DNA of 64,000 nucleotides from Mobula hypostoma. Taxonomy: Eukaryota. How positions within the stretch are numbered: position 1 is the stretch's first letter; each line of letters starts with the position of its first letter. Positions 1-11,150 of the stretch are shown one piece after another. Both the position numbers and the translations under genes were made by a program. The stretch spans positions 94,676,001 through 94,740,000 of the forward strand of contig NC_086108.1 of assembly GCF_963921235.1 (NCBI RefSeq), written 5' to 3'. The notes under the pieces are model-generated. The model did not search any database and was not told the origin of the DNA. It worked only from the letters and a program-made list of their open reading frames with translations.

Positions 1-120
1 TTGCCTGTCTTTTAGGTTAAGTGCTCCACACTGCCCTAAAAACTTTGACTCGACCAGGGTGCCCAAGAAGATTGAACAGTGTTGACTGGCTCTATGATTG
101 GTAACAATTCATGCAATTTG

Positions 121-659
121 AAACACGCACAAAATGCTGGAGGAACTCAGCAAGCCAGGTAGCATCTGTGGAGGGGAATAAACCATTGGCATTTTGGAAC
201 CAGGCCCTTCATCAGAACTGGAAAGGAAGGGGGGCAGAGACCAGAATAAGAAGGCAGGGGAGGGGAAGGAGAACATTGGCATCTGATAGGTGAGACCCAG
301 TGAGGGGGAAGGTGGGTATTTGGGGAAGGATGGATAATATCAGAAGCTGAGAGGTGATAGGTATAAGAGGTAAAGTTGCTGAAGAAGGAGAAATCTGATA
401 GGACAGGACAGAAGACCATGGGAGAAAGGGAAGGAGGAGGGGAACCGGGGAAGATGATGGGCAGGTGAGGAGAAGAGAAGGCCTGAGGGGGTAACAAGAA
501 TGAGGAATGGAAACAAGAGGAGCCAGGAGAACAGATAAATTACCAAAAGTTGGAGAAATCAATGCTCATGCCATCAGGTTGGAGGCCACCCAGATGGAAT
601 ATGAGGTGCTGCTGCTCCAATTTGGTCTTCTGATGGTAGCAGAGGAGGTCGTGGACCTA
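121..659 (-). mobile_element. Penelope-like element 3' fragment (pseudo-LTR plus end of GIY-YIG coding region), decayed
   Basis: Begins ACACGCACAAAATGCTGGAGGAACTCAGC like the other PLE ends here; 540-655 matches the GIY-YIG C-terminus at 37673-37800; degenerate hammerhead at ~185-220; possible TSD CATGCAATTTG(110-120)/CATGAAGTTTG(660-670). Confidence 0.85.
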
Positions 660-1144
660 CATGAAGTTTGCTTTTTGTAAAATTAACTAATTTCCATCAC
701 ACAATAGGTATTTCTATTCATAGTACCAAAAAAATTCTGTCAACAGCAACACACGCTTTTTGCTCACCACTTCAGGGGAATAATTGTTTACTTGTTAAAC
801 GTTTTTGGAAAACATTTCAGGTTCCCTAAAGGCCCTGTGATAACAACGTTGACTTAATGAAAGAAATCACAAGGAACCAGGCTTAGCTCCTGGATTTGGA
901 GAGCAGAGGGAGGGAGCTACACCTGGAGTTTGGTTGTGGGTGTTGTACGGAACATCGAGGATTCGGGTAGTGGTGCTCAATACTGCCTCATCTCTCCCAT
1001 TGGACTTACCTCCTCCAGTCACTAAGGAATGTCAAATAGTCTCTCGCTCTCTACTACGTGTGCAAAAATGAATGGTGGAGATCTAGAGGATGATGAGAGA
1101 GATAGACATTTGTTCCAATCCGTTCACAACCATGAACATTTATA

Positions 1145-1650
1145 CACGTTTGTACTTCCTCAGGAGGCTGACGAAATCTGGCATATCCCCTTTGACACTC
1201 ACAGGTTTTTGTTGGTGCGTCCTAACCAGATGCTTGGTACAGCCGTGACTGCAACAAACTGCGGAAAGTTATGGAACAACTCAGTACATTACACTCACCA
1301 GCCTCCCCTCTGTGGGCTCTATCCATACCTCTCACTGCCTCGGAAAAGCAGTGAGTAGAATCAAAGACCCACCCGGCCCTCTCTTTTCCACACTCACATT
1401 GGGTTGAAGATATAAAATTCTGAAAGCACATACCACCAGGATCAAGGACAGCTTCTACTCCACAGCTATGACGATTGAATGTTTCTCTAGTACAATATGA
1501 TGGGCTCAACCTCACAATCTACCTTGCTGTGACCTTGTACCTTACTGTCTGCACATTCCCTGTAACTGTAACACTTCATTCTGCACTCTGTTATTGTTTT
1601 ACCTCGTACTACTTCAATGCACCTTTGTAATGAATTGATCTGTATGAATT
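1145..1650 (+). mobile_element. Rex1/Babar LINE 3' fragment, old
   Basis: Decayed LYFLRRL..K.G / R.KDSFY motifs followed by the 3' UTR type also seen at 4940-5138. Confidence 0.75.
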
Positions 1651-1689
1651 GAATGCAAGACACCTTAAAAACCAACTTACCTATGTGTT

Positions 1690-2570
1690 TCTTACCAATT
1701 TACTTTACTTATATTTCATGAACAGTTTGAGGAGATTTGGTATGTCACCAAGGACTCTAGCAAATTGCTACAGGTGTGCCGTGCAGAGCATGCTGACTGG
1801 TTGCATCAGTGTCTGGTCTGGTGGGGCCACTTCACAGGAGCAGAACAAGCTGTACAGGGTTGCAAACTCAGCCAGTTCCATCGCAGGCACTAGCCTCCCC
1901 AGGATTGAGGACATCTTCAAAAGACCATGCCTCAAAAAGGCAGCACCCATGATTAAGGACCCTCACCATCCAAAGCATGCTCTCTTCTCAATACTACCAC
2001 AGAGTGGAGATACAGGAGCCCGAAAACACACACTCGATGTTTTAGGAACAACTTCTTCCCCTCCACCATCAGATTTCTGAACAGACAAGGAAAAAACCTA
2101 TGAACATAACCTCATTATTTTTGCTCTCTTTGTGCTACTTATTTAACTATTTATTATATATGGTGGCCAAGTGGTTAAGGTGTCAGTCTAGTGATCTGAA
2201 GGTCGCTAGTTCAAGCCTCCGCTGAGGAAGCATGTTGTGTCCTTGAGCAAGGCACTTTACCACACATTGTTCTGCGACAAACGTGGTGCCAAGCTGTATG
2301 GGTCCTAATGCCCTTCCCTTGGACAACATCGGTGGCGTGTAGAGGGGAGACTTGCAGCATGGGCAACTGCCGGTCTTCCATACAACCTTGCCCAGGCCTG
2401 CGCCCTGGAAACCTTCCAAGGTGCAAATCCATGGTCTCACGAGACTAAGGGATGCCTATATATATGGTGTCTTTTTATTATAATTAATAGTATGTTTTAT
2501 GCATACTGCTGTAAGACAACAAACTTCATGAACTATGTTAGTGATAGTAAACATGGTTTTGATTCTGATT
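1690..2570 (+). mobile_element. Rex1/Babar LINE 3' fragment interrupted by a SINE
   Basis: ORF 1649-2080 has LYF..SLRRFGMSPRTLANCYRC..LTGCI..W and IKDPHHP.HALF motifs; 3' UTR resumes after 2460 and ends GATTCTGATT. Confidence 0.85.
2161..2456 (+). mobile_element. tRNA-derived SINE
   Basis: A box TGGCCAAGTGG, B box GTTCAAGCC, then GTGTCCTTGAGCAAGGCACTT; flanked by TATATA on both sides. Confidence 0.8.
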
Positions 2571-2649
2571 TGCCATTACTGCCTAGACCAACATGGAGAA
2601 GACTGTGGTAAGCCCCTGGGGGTGGCAGTACAAACCCCCCAGTTTGATC

Positions 2650-2940
2650 AGTCATGGGTGTCTATTTCACCTTGGAGCCAAAAGGTTAGTGCCCTGGTTA
2701 CCTTACAAACACCTTTACACCACATAAAAATATCCAGGCTGGCATTTCAGTTCGGTACAGGCCAAGGTCGATATTTCACAAGTTCTGATTATCAGGTGAA
2801 CTGAGGTCCTACCTGGTGGGCTTCAAAGATTCTGAAGAAGGAAGATCCAGAGCCTTGTCCAACTCAGGACTGATCCACTTCAGTAAAAAAGTGGATTTTC
2901 TGATATGTGGGATCTTGCTGGATGCAAATTGCTGCTTTAA
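2650..2940 (+). mobile_element. Ancient DeuSINE (SacSINE1/AmnSINE1-like), 5' part
   Basis: Ordered blocks resembling the DeuSINE consensus as I recall it: GAGCCAAAAGGTT, ATCCAGGCTGGCATTTCAGTTCGGTAC, AACTGAGGTCC, TTCTGAAGAAG, TGTGGGATCTTGCTGGATGCAAATTGCTGC. Confidence 0.6.
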
Positions 2941-3060
2941 CGCCTTTTACAAGTTTGTACATGAAACCACTGTAGCAAGCTATATCTGAAATGATGATGA
3001 GCCAGAGTACAGGAAGGAGAAAGACAGCTTAGTGATATGGTGCCATGACAACAATCTTTC

Positions 3061-4520
3061 AAGATTCAAGATAGTTTAATGTCATTTCCAGTACACAGGT
3101 GTAAAGGAGAACAAAATCATTGTTACTCAGAACCTGACACAGCACAAACAAGCACAAAAGATAGAGAACACAATAATAATAAAAACTCAACACATATAAG
3201 TACATGCTGTAAGTTAGCTTACGTATATACATACCTCGATTGTACGTCTATAAAGTGACACTGGGCTAGGAGACTGACAGGAAATAATAAAGTAGTGGTG
3301 GAGTTAGTGGGTGGAGGTGTTGGTCAGCCTTATTGCTTGCGGATAGTATCTGTTTTTGGGGCTGGTGGCCCTGGTGTGGGTACCACGTAACTTGTCCCTG
3401 ATGAGAGTGAGACAAACAGTCCATGAGCAGGGTCATTGGGATCCTTCATGACGTTACTGGCCTTTTTGTGGCACCTTTCTGTACACATGTCCTTGACGGC
3501 AGGTAGACTGGTGCTGGTGATGCGTTGGAAGTTCTGACTACCCATGGTGGAGCCTTCCTGTTCACTGCAGTGCCATTTCCGTACCACGCAGTGATGCAGC
3601 TTGTTGGGATGCTCTCTGTTACGTACAGTATCTGTAGACTGGTGTGAGTATGGATGTGCAAAATCCAGCTCTCTTCACCCTCCTCAGAACTTGAAGGCGT
3701 TTTTGATTGTGTGGGATGTGTTCTGGGACCATGAGAGGTTGTGTGTGAGGTGCACTCCCAGGAGTTTAAAACGGCTTTCAGTTTCCACTGCTGTGCCACT
3801 GATGTAAAGGGTGGGCGGGGGGGGGGGGTGGGAGAGGTGTGAGTGGTGTGAGTTCTCCTGAAGTTGACAACCATCTCCTTTGTCTTGTTGACACTAAGGA
3901 AGAGGGTATTTGTCTTGACATCAGACCATAAGATCACAAGACATAGGAGCCCAATTAGGCCATTCAGCCCACTGAGTTCACTCCACCATTTCATGACTGA
4001 CCCCAGATCCCATTCAATCCCATACACCTGCCTTCTCACCATATCCCTTGATGCCCCAGCCAATCAGGAATAAAGCAACTTCCACTTTGAATATACCCAC
4101 GGATTTGGTATCTACTGCAGTTTGTGGCAGAGCATTCCACAGATTCACCACTCTTTGGCTAAAAGAATTCCTCCTTACTTCTGTTCTAAAAAGTCACCCC
4201 TCAGTTTTGAGGCTGTGCCCTCTAGTTCTGGATCCCCTCACCAGAGGAAACATGCTCTCCACATTCATCTTTTCTAGTCCTTCAACATTTGGTAGGTTTC
4301 AATGCAGGTTTTGAAATCAGGCCTTAAGCTCTTTCACCTCCTCCCTGCAGGTCATCTCAGCATTGTTAAAAATGAGCCCCAGCACTGTCATATCATGGGT
4401 GAACTTGTTGATGTGATTGCTCAGGTGTTTGGTCATGCAGTCATGTGTGAGCAGCACACAGCCCTGGGGGCATCCGTGTGGAGGATGAGGAGGAGCGGTT
4501 GTGTATCCGGACTATTTGAG
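3061..4520 (-). mobile_element. Rex1 LINE 3' fragment
   Basis: Minus-strand LSVNKTKEMVVNFR, ESIPTSCITAWYGN, KDPNDPAHGLF; tail at 3061-3080. Confidence 0.85.
3922..4305 (-). mobile_element. CR1 LINE 3' end
   Basis: RTRGH.L / RVVNLWNALP motifs on minus strand and TCTTATGG-type tail. Confidence 0.85.
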
Positions 4521-5139
4521 GTCAGTCAGCAAAGCCAAAGATAATGGAAGTGACTTCAGGAAAAGGGGGCAGTGCACATGCTCACGTCTAAATCAACAGT
4601 GTTCAGGTTGAGCAGATTGAGAGCTTTAAGATCCCCAGTAGCGTGCCCTGGTCCAATCACATTGATATCACAGCCAAGAAAGCTCACCAATGCCTTAGGG
4701 GGTCTGGCGCATCCCCGTCAAGTTTTAATAATGTTTATCGACACACGTGAGAAAGCATTCTGTTTAGATCCATGAGAGCTTGGTGTGGTAACTGCTCTGC
4801 ATGTGACTGCAAAAAACTGCAGAGAGTTGTGGACACAGCTCAGCACATCACAGGAACAAGACTCCTTGGGCAGAAGATACAAAAGACTGAAAACACGTAC
4901 CACCAGGCTCAAGGACAGCTTCTATCCCACTGTTATCAGACCCTTGACCTCACAATCAATCTCATTATTTACCTGTACTACACTTTTGTTTGTATAGCTT
5001 TTACACTTTATTCTGCATTATTGTTTTACCTTAATCTAGCTCAATGCATTGTGTAACAATTTGAAATGCATGAACAGTACGCAAGGGAAGCTTTTCATTG
5101 TATCTTGGTACATGTGACAATATTAAGCCAACACCAATT

Positions 5140-5255
5140 TACTACTGCATTTCCCACATTTCAGCAGTGTCTGCACTTCCAAAGGATTTCATCAGTAGTA
5201 GCATGCCCTTTTATCTAGTTTGTGGAATACACTGTATGAATATAAATCTTTATTA
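5140..5255 (+). mobile_element. Ancient DeuSINE, 3' tail
   Basis: CATTTCCCACATTTCAGCAGTGTCTGCACTTCCAAAG...TGTATGAATATAAATCTTT continues the consensus where 2940 stops. Confidence 0.55.
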
Positions 5256-5669
5256 GAAAACCTACCAAGTCACTAAAGCATAGACCTCTCTCATTTCTGC
5301 TTTTAATTTTGACATTTGATTTGACTCATTGCCAGGGGTTGTCAAAGGACCAGTTCACCAGGTTTCTATCATTATTATTCAATCCTTTGTCCTGTGCTGC
5401 ATGAGTAATCGATGGAACAGCTTTTCTGCTGGTCTTAGGAAGATCTATGGTAATGCTTGATGTTCCTGAGCACGACCCACCACAGCACTGGTGTGCTGAT
5501 ATGATGAAAAGCATCTTTAAGCAGACGCAACGTGATTCAACATTAGTCACACCACCACTTCTGCTGTGTTTCCACTTACACTATTTGAAATCCCCTCAAC
5601 CGGCAATATAGGACTTCTCTACTGGCGAGCCCCCGATGAATGACCGTGACCCAAGAACATCGCCGGTCC

Positions 5670-5745
5670 ATTTCTCTCTACGGACGCTACCCGGCCCACT
5701 GAGTTCCACCAGCAGTTAGTATCTTGCTCCAGATTTCAGCATCAG
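5670..5745 (+). repeat. PLE pseudo-LTR end fragment
   Basis: GACGCTACCCGGCCCACTGAGTTCCACCAGCAG...CCAGATTTCAGCATC resembles the reverse complement of the PLE ends. Confidence 0.6.
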
Positions 5746-6241
5746 TCTCCTGAGTCTTTGTTCTGTTGACAACCTTGACAAGTATGTGCTCTTGGAGATT
5801 AGGTTCCTGTCTCTTCAATAGGCCTGCTATTGAATTAATTACAGTAAATCAATTACTTGCATCAGCCTTTATTATTTTGAAATGATTCCTGGCTCCACCC
5901 TGGTTACTTTAATGTTGCTCAGATTTCACAATCAAATCGCCTCTTTGGAAAACATTTGAACAGCGGGGAGAAATAAGCACATATGTGCACTTCAAAACTG
6001 CAGCTAAAACTCAGATTCCGTTCTTGTGGTGAGTTTGTAATTTGGCCTGAAACTGTCGAATCCACATCATCAGAACAACAGAATCAACAACTCATACACA
6101 AAGGACACACCTGCAACGAAGCTGGGATTTCATCTCCCCGGCAGCTGCAGAGGTGACACGCGAACCAGTGAATATCCAGTCCCACAAATGAACTTGAACC
6201 CAACAACCAGAAAACAAATCGCCCCTCTTTTGAACCAATGG

Positions 6242-8062
6242 AGACACAAGACATTGGAGCAGAATTAGGCCATTCAGCCCACTGAGTCTGCTCTACCATT
6301 TAATTAGAGCTTATTTACTTTCCCTCCCAACACAATAGCAGTGATAGGATTGGGCCGAGCCAGCATGGATTTACCAAGGGCAAATCATGCTTGACTAATC
6401 TATTGGAGTTTTTCGAGGATGTAACCAGGAAGATAGACGTGGGAGATCCAGTGGATGTGGTGTACCTTGACTTTCAGAAGGCATTTGATAAGGTACCACA
6501 TAGGAGATAGGTGGGTAAAATCAGAGCTTATGGCATTGGGGGGAGGATATTGACATGGATAGAAAACTGGTTTGCAGATAGAAAGCAAAGGGTAGCAGTG
6601 AATGGGTGTTTCTCGGAATGGCAGGTGGTGACTAGTGGGGTGCCACAGGGCTGGGTATTGGGACCACAGCTGTTTACCATTTACATCAATGATTTAGAGG
6701 AAGGCATTGTGAATAACATCAGCAAGTTTGCTGATGATACTAAGCTGGGTGGCAGTGTGACATGTGATGAGGATGTTAGGAGAATTCAAGGTGACTTGGA
6801 TAGGCTGGGTGAGTGGGCAGAAACTTGGCAGATGGCGTTTAATGTGAATAAGTGTGAGGTTATTCACTTTGGGTGCAAGAACAGGAAGGCAGATTATTAT
6901 CTGAACGATGTGGAGTTAGGTGAGGGAGAAATACAAAGAGATCTAGGAGTACTTGTTCATCAGTCTCTGAAGGTGAATGAGCAAGTGCAGCAGGCAGTGA
7001 AGAAGGCTAATGGAATGTTGGCCTTTATTACAAAGGGAATTGAGTACAATAGCAAGGAAATCCTTTTGCATTTGTACAGGGCCCTGGTGAGGCCACACCT
7101 GGAGTATTGTGTGCAGTTTTGGTTCCAGGGTTAAGAAAGGACATCTTGGCTGTGGAGGAGGTGCAGCGTAGGTTCACTAGGTTAATTCCTGGGATGTCCG
7201 GACTGTTTTACGCAGAGAGGTTAGAGAGACTGGGCTTGTACACGCTGGAATTAAGGAGATTGAGGGGGGATCTGATTGAGACATATAAGATTATTAAGGG
7301 ATTGGACAAGATAGAGGCAGGAAATATGTTCCAGATGCTGGGAGAGTCCAGTACCAGAGGGCATGGTTTAAGAACAAGGGGTAGGTCATTTAGGACAGAG
7401 TTGTGGAGGTGTGGAACGTGCTGCCTCAGAAGGCAGTAGAGGCCAATTCTCTGGATGCTTTCAAGAAGGAGCTAGATAGGTATCTTATGGATAGGGGAAT
7501 CAAGGGTTATGGGGACAAGGCAGGAACCGGGTATTGATAGTAGATGATTAGCCATGATCTCAGAATGGCGGTGCAGGCTCGAAGGGCCGAATGGTCTACT
7601 TCTGCACCTATTGTCTATTGTCTATTAATTCTCCGGCATTCTCCCCATAACCTATGACACCGTTACTAATCATCCTCCACTTTAAATATACCCAAATACT
7701 TGGCATTCACAGCTGTCTGTAGCAATGAATTCCACCCTCTCGTTTTAAAAGGATATCCTATTCAGAGGTTGCACCTCATGACCTAGATTCCCCCACCCCA
7801 CCACTGGAAACATTCTCTCCACATCCACTGTACTTAGACCTTTCAATATTCGATAGGTTTCACTGAGATCCACCTCATTTTTCTAAACTCTAGTGAGTAC
7901 AGGCCCAGAGCCATCCAATGCACCTCATACATTAACCCTTTCATTCCCAGAATAATTCTCATGAACCTCCTTTGGACCCTCTCCAATGCTAGCACATCCT
8001 TTCTTAAAAATGGAGCCCAAAACTGCTCACAATACTCCAAGTGTGGTCTGACCAATGCCTCA
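6242..8062 (-). mobile_element. Older CR1 3' fragment split by a younger CR1 (pieces 6242-6331 and 7627-8062)
   Basis: Tail and 3' UTR at 6242-6331 resume at 7627; [21 protein letters not shown] in ORF 7843-8196. Confidence 0.85.
6332..7626 (+). mobile_element. CR1 LINE, 5'-truncated (RT domain to 3' tail)
   Basis: [46 protein letters not shown]; one stop and a frameshift; (CTATTGT)n tail at 7608-7626. Confidence 0.95.
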
Positions 8063-8267
8063 GCATTACTTCCCTGTTGCAAGCAGTACAAGCTTTCCCT
8101 GTAGTATAGAATTCTCACTTGCCCCCCTCCCCTTGTACTATCATCAAACTCTACTAAAATGTGACTTCTTATGACTTGGCTGATCTCAACACACAAACAA
8201 GTAATTTCGTTATGACTTCTACCCCCTTCCTTTCCAGTTCCAATGAAGGGGTTTGCCCTGAAATGTT

Positions 8268-8395
8268 AGCAACACACACACAAAATGCTGATGAATGCAG
8301 CAGGCCAGGCCGCATCTATAGGAAGAGGTACAGTCGACGTTTCGGGCCAGGACCCTTCGTCAGGACTAATTGAAAGAAGAGATAGTAAGAGATTT
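8268..8395 (-). mobile_element. Young PLE pseudo-LTR end (~125 bp)
   Basis: Closely matches 37278-37400, the end of the GIY-YIG-coding copy. Confidence 0.9.
8332..8367 (-). ncRNA. Minimal type-I hammerhead ribozyme, intact core
   Basis: Minus strand AGUC-CUGACGA-A-GGG-UCCUGG-CCC-GAAA-CG-UC^GACU: stem I AGUC/GACU, stem II GGG/CCC, palindromic ACGU in place of stem III. Confidence 0.85.
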
Positions 8396-8460
8396 GACTA
8401 TGTATTCCCCTCCGTAGATGCTGCCTGACCAGCTGAGTTCCTCCAGCATTTTGTGTGTGT

Positions 8461-8820
8461 AGCTCTAATTTCATTCTAACCTCGAAGTGGTTGGTCATGG
8501 TAGACTGACATTTCCTTAGGAAGACTGGACTGAGGAGGTGTTTGAGTGTAAGAAATCCAAATGCCAGGAGCTGGTAGGGCAGTGCCAGAGACAGGGGTGG
8601 AGGGCACAATGAGACCCTATAGAGATGGTGTGTAGAGGTTCTGCAGGCTGCTCGTTCTGCAGAACCTACTCTCTCCTTGGTATTATGGGGGCTGCAAAGA
8701 AAAAAACCACCAGGACTATCACAGAGGCTGCTGAGTGAGCTTTCAGGTGGCTATGGACCAAGGTGTGTGACCCATTGACCAATGATGCCGGGAGACAAGC
8801 CAGCGCCTGATCAACCCAGG
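8461..8820 (+). pseudogene. C-terminal restriction-like endonuclease of an RLE-type (HERO/NeSL-like) non-LTR retrotransposon, decayed
   Basis: Manual translation: LTFP*EDWTEEVFECKKSKCQELVGQCQRQGWRAQ*DPIEMVCRGSAGCSFCRTYSLLGIMG...EAAE*AFRWLWTK, matching the ELTVPWE..K..KY..L..GW..EVGCRGF..WLW pattern. Confidence 0.75.
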
Positions 8821-10063
8821 AAATTATAGACCAGTGAGTCTTTCTTCAGTGGTTCGCAAGTTGATGGAGGAGATCCTGAGAGGCAGGATTTATGAACATT
8901 TGGAGAGGCATAGTATGATTAGGAATAGTCAGCATGGCTTTGTCAAGGGCAGGTCATGCCTTACGAGCCTGACTGAATTTTTTTGAAGATGTGACTAAAC
9001 ACATTGATGAAGGTAGAGCAGTAGATGTAGTGTATATGGATTTCAGCAAGGCATTTGATAAGGTACCCCATGCAAGGCTTATTGAGAAAGTAAGGAGGTA
9101 TGGGATCCAAGGGAACATTGCTTTGTGGATCCAGAACTGGCTTGCCCACAGAAGGCAAAGAGTGGTTGCAGAAGGGTCATATTCTGTATGGAGGTCGGTG
9201 ACCAGTGGTGTGCCTCAGGGATCTGTTCTGGGACCCTTACTCTTAATGATTTTTATAAATGACCTGGATGAGGAAGTGGAGGGATGGGTTAGTAAGTTTG
9301 CTGATGACACAAAGGTTGGAGGTGTTGCGGATAGTGTGGAGGGCTGTCAGAGGTTATAGTGGGACATTAATAGGATGCAAAACTGGGCTGAGAAGTGGCA
9401 GATGGAGTTCAACCCAGATTAAGTGTGAAGTGGTTCATTTTGGTAGGTCGAATATGATGGCAGTGCACAGTATTAATGGTAAGACTCTTGGCAGTGTGGA
9501 GGATCAGAGGGATCTTGGGGTCCGAGTCCATAGGACACTCAAAGCTGCTGCGTAGGTTGATGCTGTGGTTAAGAAGGCACACGATACAATGGCCTTCATC
9601 AATCGTGGGATTGAGTTTAAGAGCTGAGAGGTAATGTTGCAGCTATATAGGGCCCTGGTCAGGCCCCACTTGGAGTACTGTGCTCAATTCTGGTTGCCTC
9701 ACTACAGGAAGGATGTGGAAACCATAGAAAGGGTGCAGAGGAGAATACAAGAATGTTGCCTGGATTGGGGAGCATGCCTTATGAGAATACGTTGAGTGAA
9801 CTCAGCCTTTCTCCTTGGAGCAACGGAGGATGAGGGGTGACCTGATAGAGGTATATAAGATGATGAGAGGCATTGATCGTGTGGATAGTCAGAGGCATTT
9901 TCCCAGGGCTGAAATGGGTTTCCACAAGAGGACACAGGTTTAAGGTGCTGGGGAGTAGGTACAGAGGAAATGTCAGGGGCAAGTTTTTTACTCAGACAGT
10001 GATGAGTGCATGGAATGGGCTGCCGGCAACGGTGGTGGAGGCGGATACGATAGGGTCTTTTAA
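8813..10063 (+). mobile_element. CR1 LINE fragment (RT domain)
   Basis: [40 protein letters not shown]; frameshifts; lacks tail. Confidence 0.95.
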
Positions 10064-10340
10064 ATCCAATTCAGCCCAATTTAAATTGATTAATTTCTTT
10101 CCCCACTCTTGGACCTGGGCTTGGGTCCCCCCGCCTTGACTCTGACTCGCCTTGGTTCTGTTGCATCAAATCGCCTCCAAGTCCGCTCCAGCAGTGGCCA
10201 AGCACTGGCTCATTCTCCACTCTTAAACCTCAATTCAGCCTATAAATGTTTCACTGCAACCATCCTGCACCTTCAAGACTTCACTTCACAACGCAAAAAT
10301 ACCAATTCCTACAGTCGGTTCAAAAGCTCAGTTCCAGAAG
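10064..10340 (-). repeat. Unclassified repeat, possibly related to 56125-56551
   Basis: Abruptly replaces the CR1 3' end; weak similarity (ATTT...CTGAATTGG) to 56155-56180. Confidence 0.3.
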
Positions 10341-10599
10341 GGAAGCCATAGGCTACTGATTGAAGTAATTGTTTACCATAAAGAGTGTGGTTAATAAAGT
10401 AGTTAGCAGTTTTCTTTGTTTTGTTTGCTACAGACAGGTAGTTGTTGTGCTTCACCAACATCACCTTAAACCGCCTTCATGCAACTAGATGGAATCAATT
10501 TTGTGCCAGGAAAGAGCGCTAGAAGGGGACCCGTGTGATCCCTGACGGGGATGTGCTCAGCTCATATCAGCTACTAACTCATCCCCAAAGTGTTGACCT

Positions 10600-11150
10600 C
10601 CAATAGTCGGGGTATTGAGTTTTGCTTCCATGCAGTAATGTTACAGCTCTATAACACTCTGGTCAGACCACATTTAGAATATTGTGTTCAGTCCTGGTCT
10701 CCTCATTATCGGAAGGATATGGAAGGTATGGATGAAATTTAGTAGGATGCTGCCTGGATTAGAGAGCACGGCTTATGCGGAAAGGTTGTGTGAGCTGGGG
10801 ATTTTCTCTTTGGAGCAAAGGAGAATGAAAGGTGACTTGATAGAGGTAGCGCCTTTTTCCCAGAGCGGAAATGGCCAACCATTTTAAGAGTGGAGGAAAG
10901 TTTAGGGGAGATGTCAGAGGTTATAAAACAGAGTGTGGTGGGTACATGGAATGGCCTGCCAGGGTGGTTTCAGAGACTGATACAATAGGGGCATTTAGAT
11001 AGGCACATGGATGTAGGAAAAATGGAGGGTTACGGGCTGTGTAGGAGGGAAAGGTTAGACTGATCGAGGAGTAGGTTTATATAGTTTGGCATGACATTGT
11101 GGGCCAAAAGGCCTGTATAGTGTTCTACTGTTCTATAGTCTATGTTCTAA
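10600..11150 (+). mobile_element. CR1 LINE 3' fragment, old
   Basis: [43 protein letters not shown] tail. Confidence 0.85.

Larger units (their letters stand above)
2975..5138 (+). mobile_element. Rex1 LINE 3' fragment split by insertions (pieces 2975-3060 and 4522-5138)
   Basis: NDDEPEYRKE..SLV.WCHDNNL stops at 3060 and resumes VSK.K..DFRK at ~4522, continuing to the 3' UTR. Confidence 0.75.
8200..8460 (+). mobile_element. Old PLE pseudo-LTR interrupted by an inverted younger copy
   Basis: CCAATGAAGGG...CCCTGAAATGTT (to 8267) continues as GACTATG...GATGCTGCCTGACC...CAGCATTTTGTGTGT (8396-8460). Confidence 0.8.

Noticed and set aside
2161..2235. tRNA gene
   Set aside because: The A/B boxes continue directly into a SINE body and tail.
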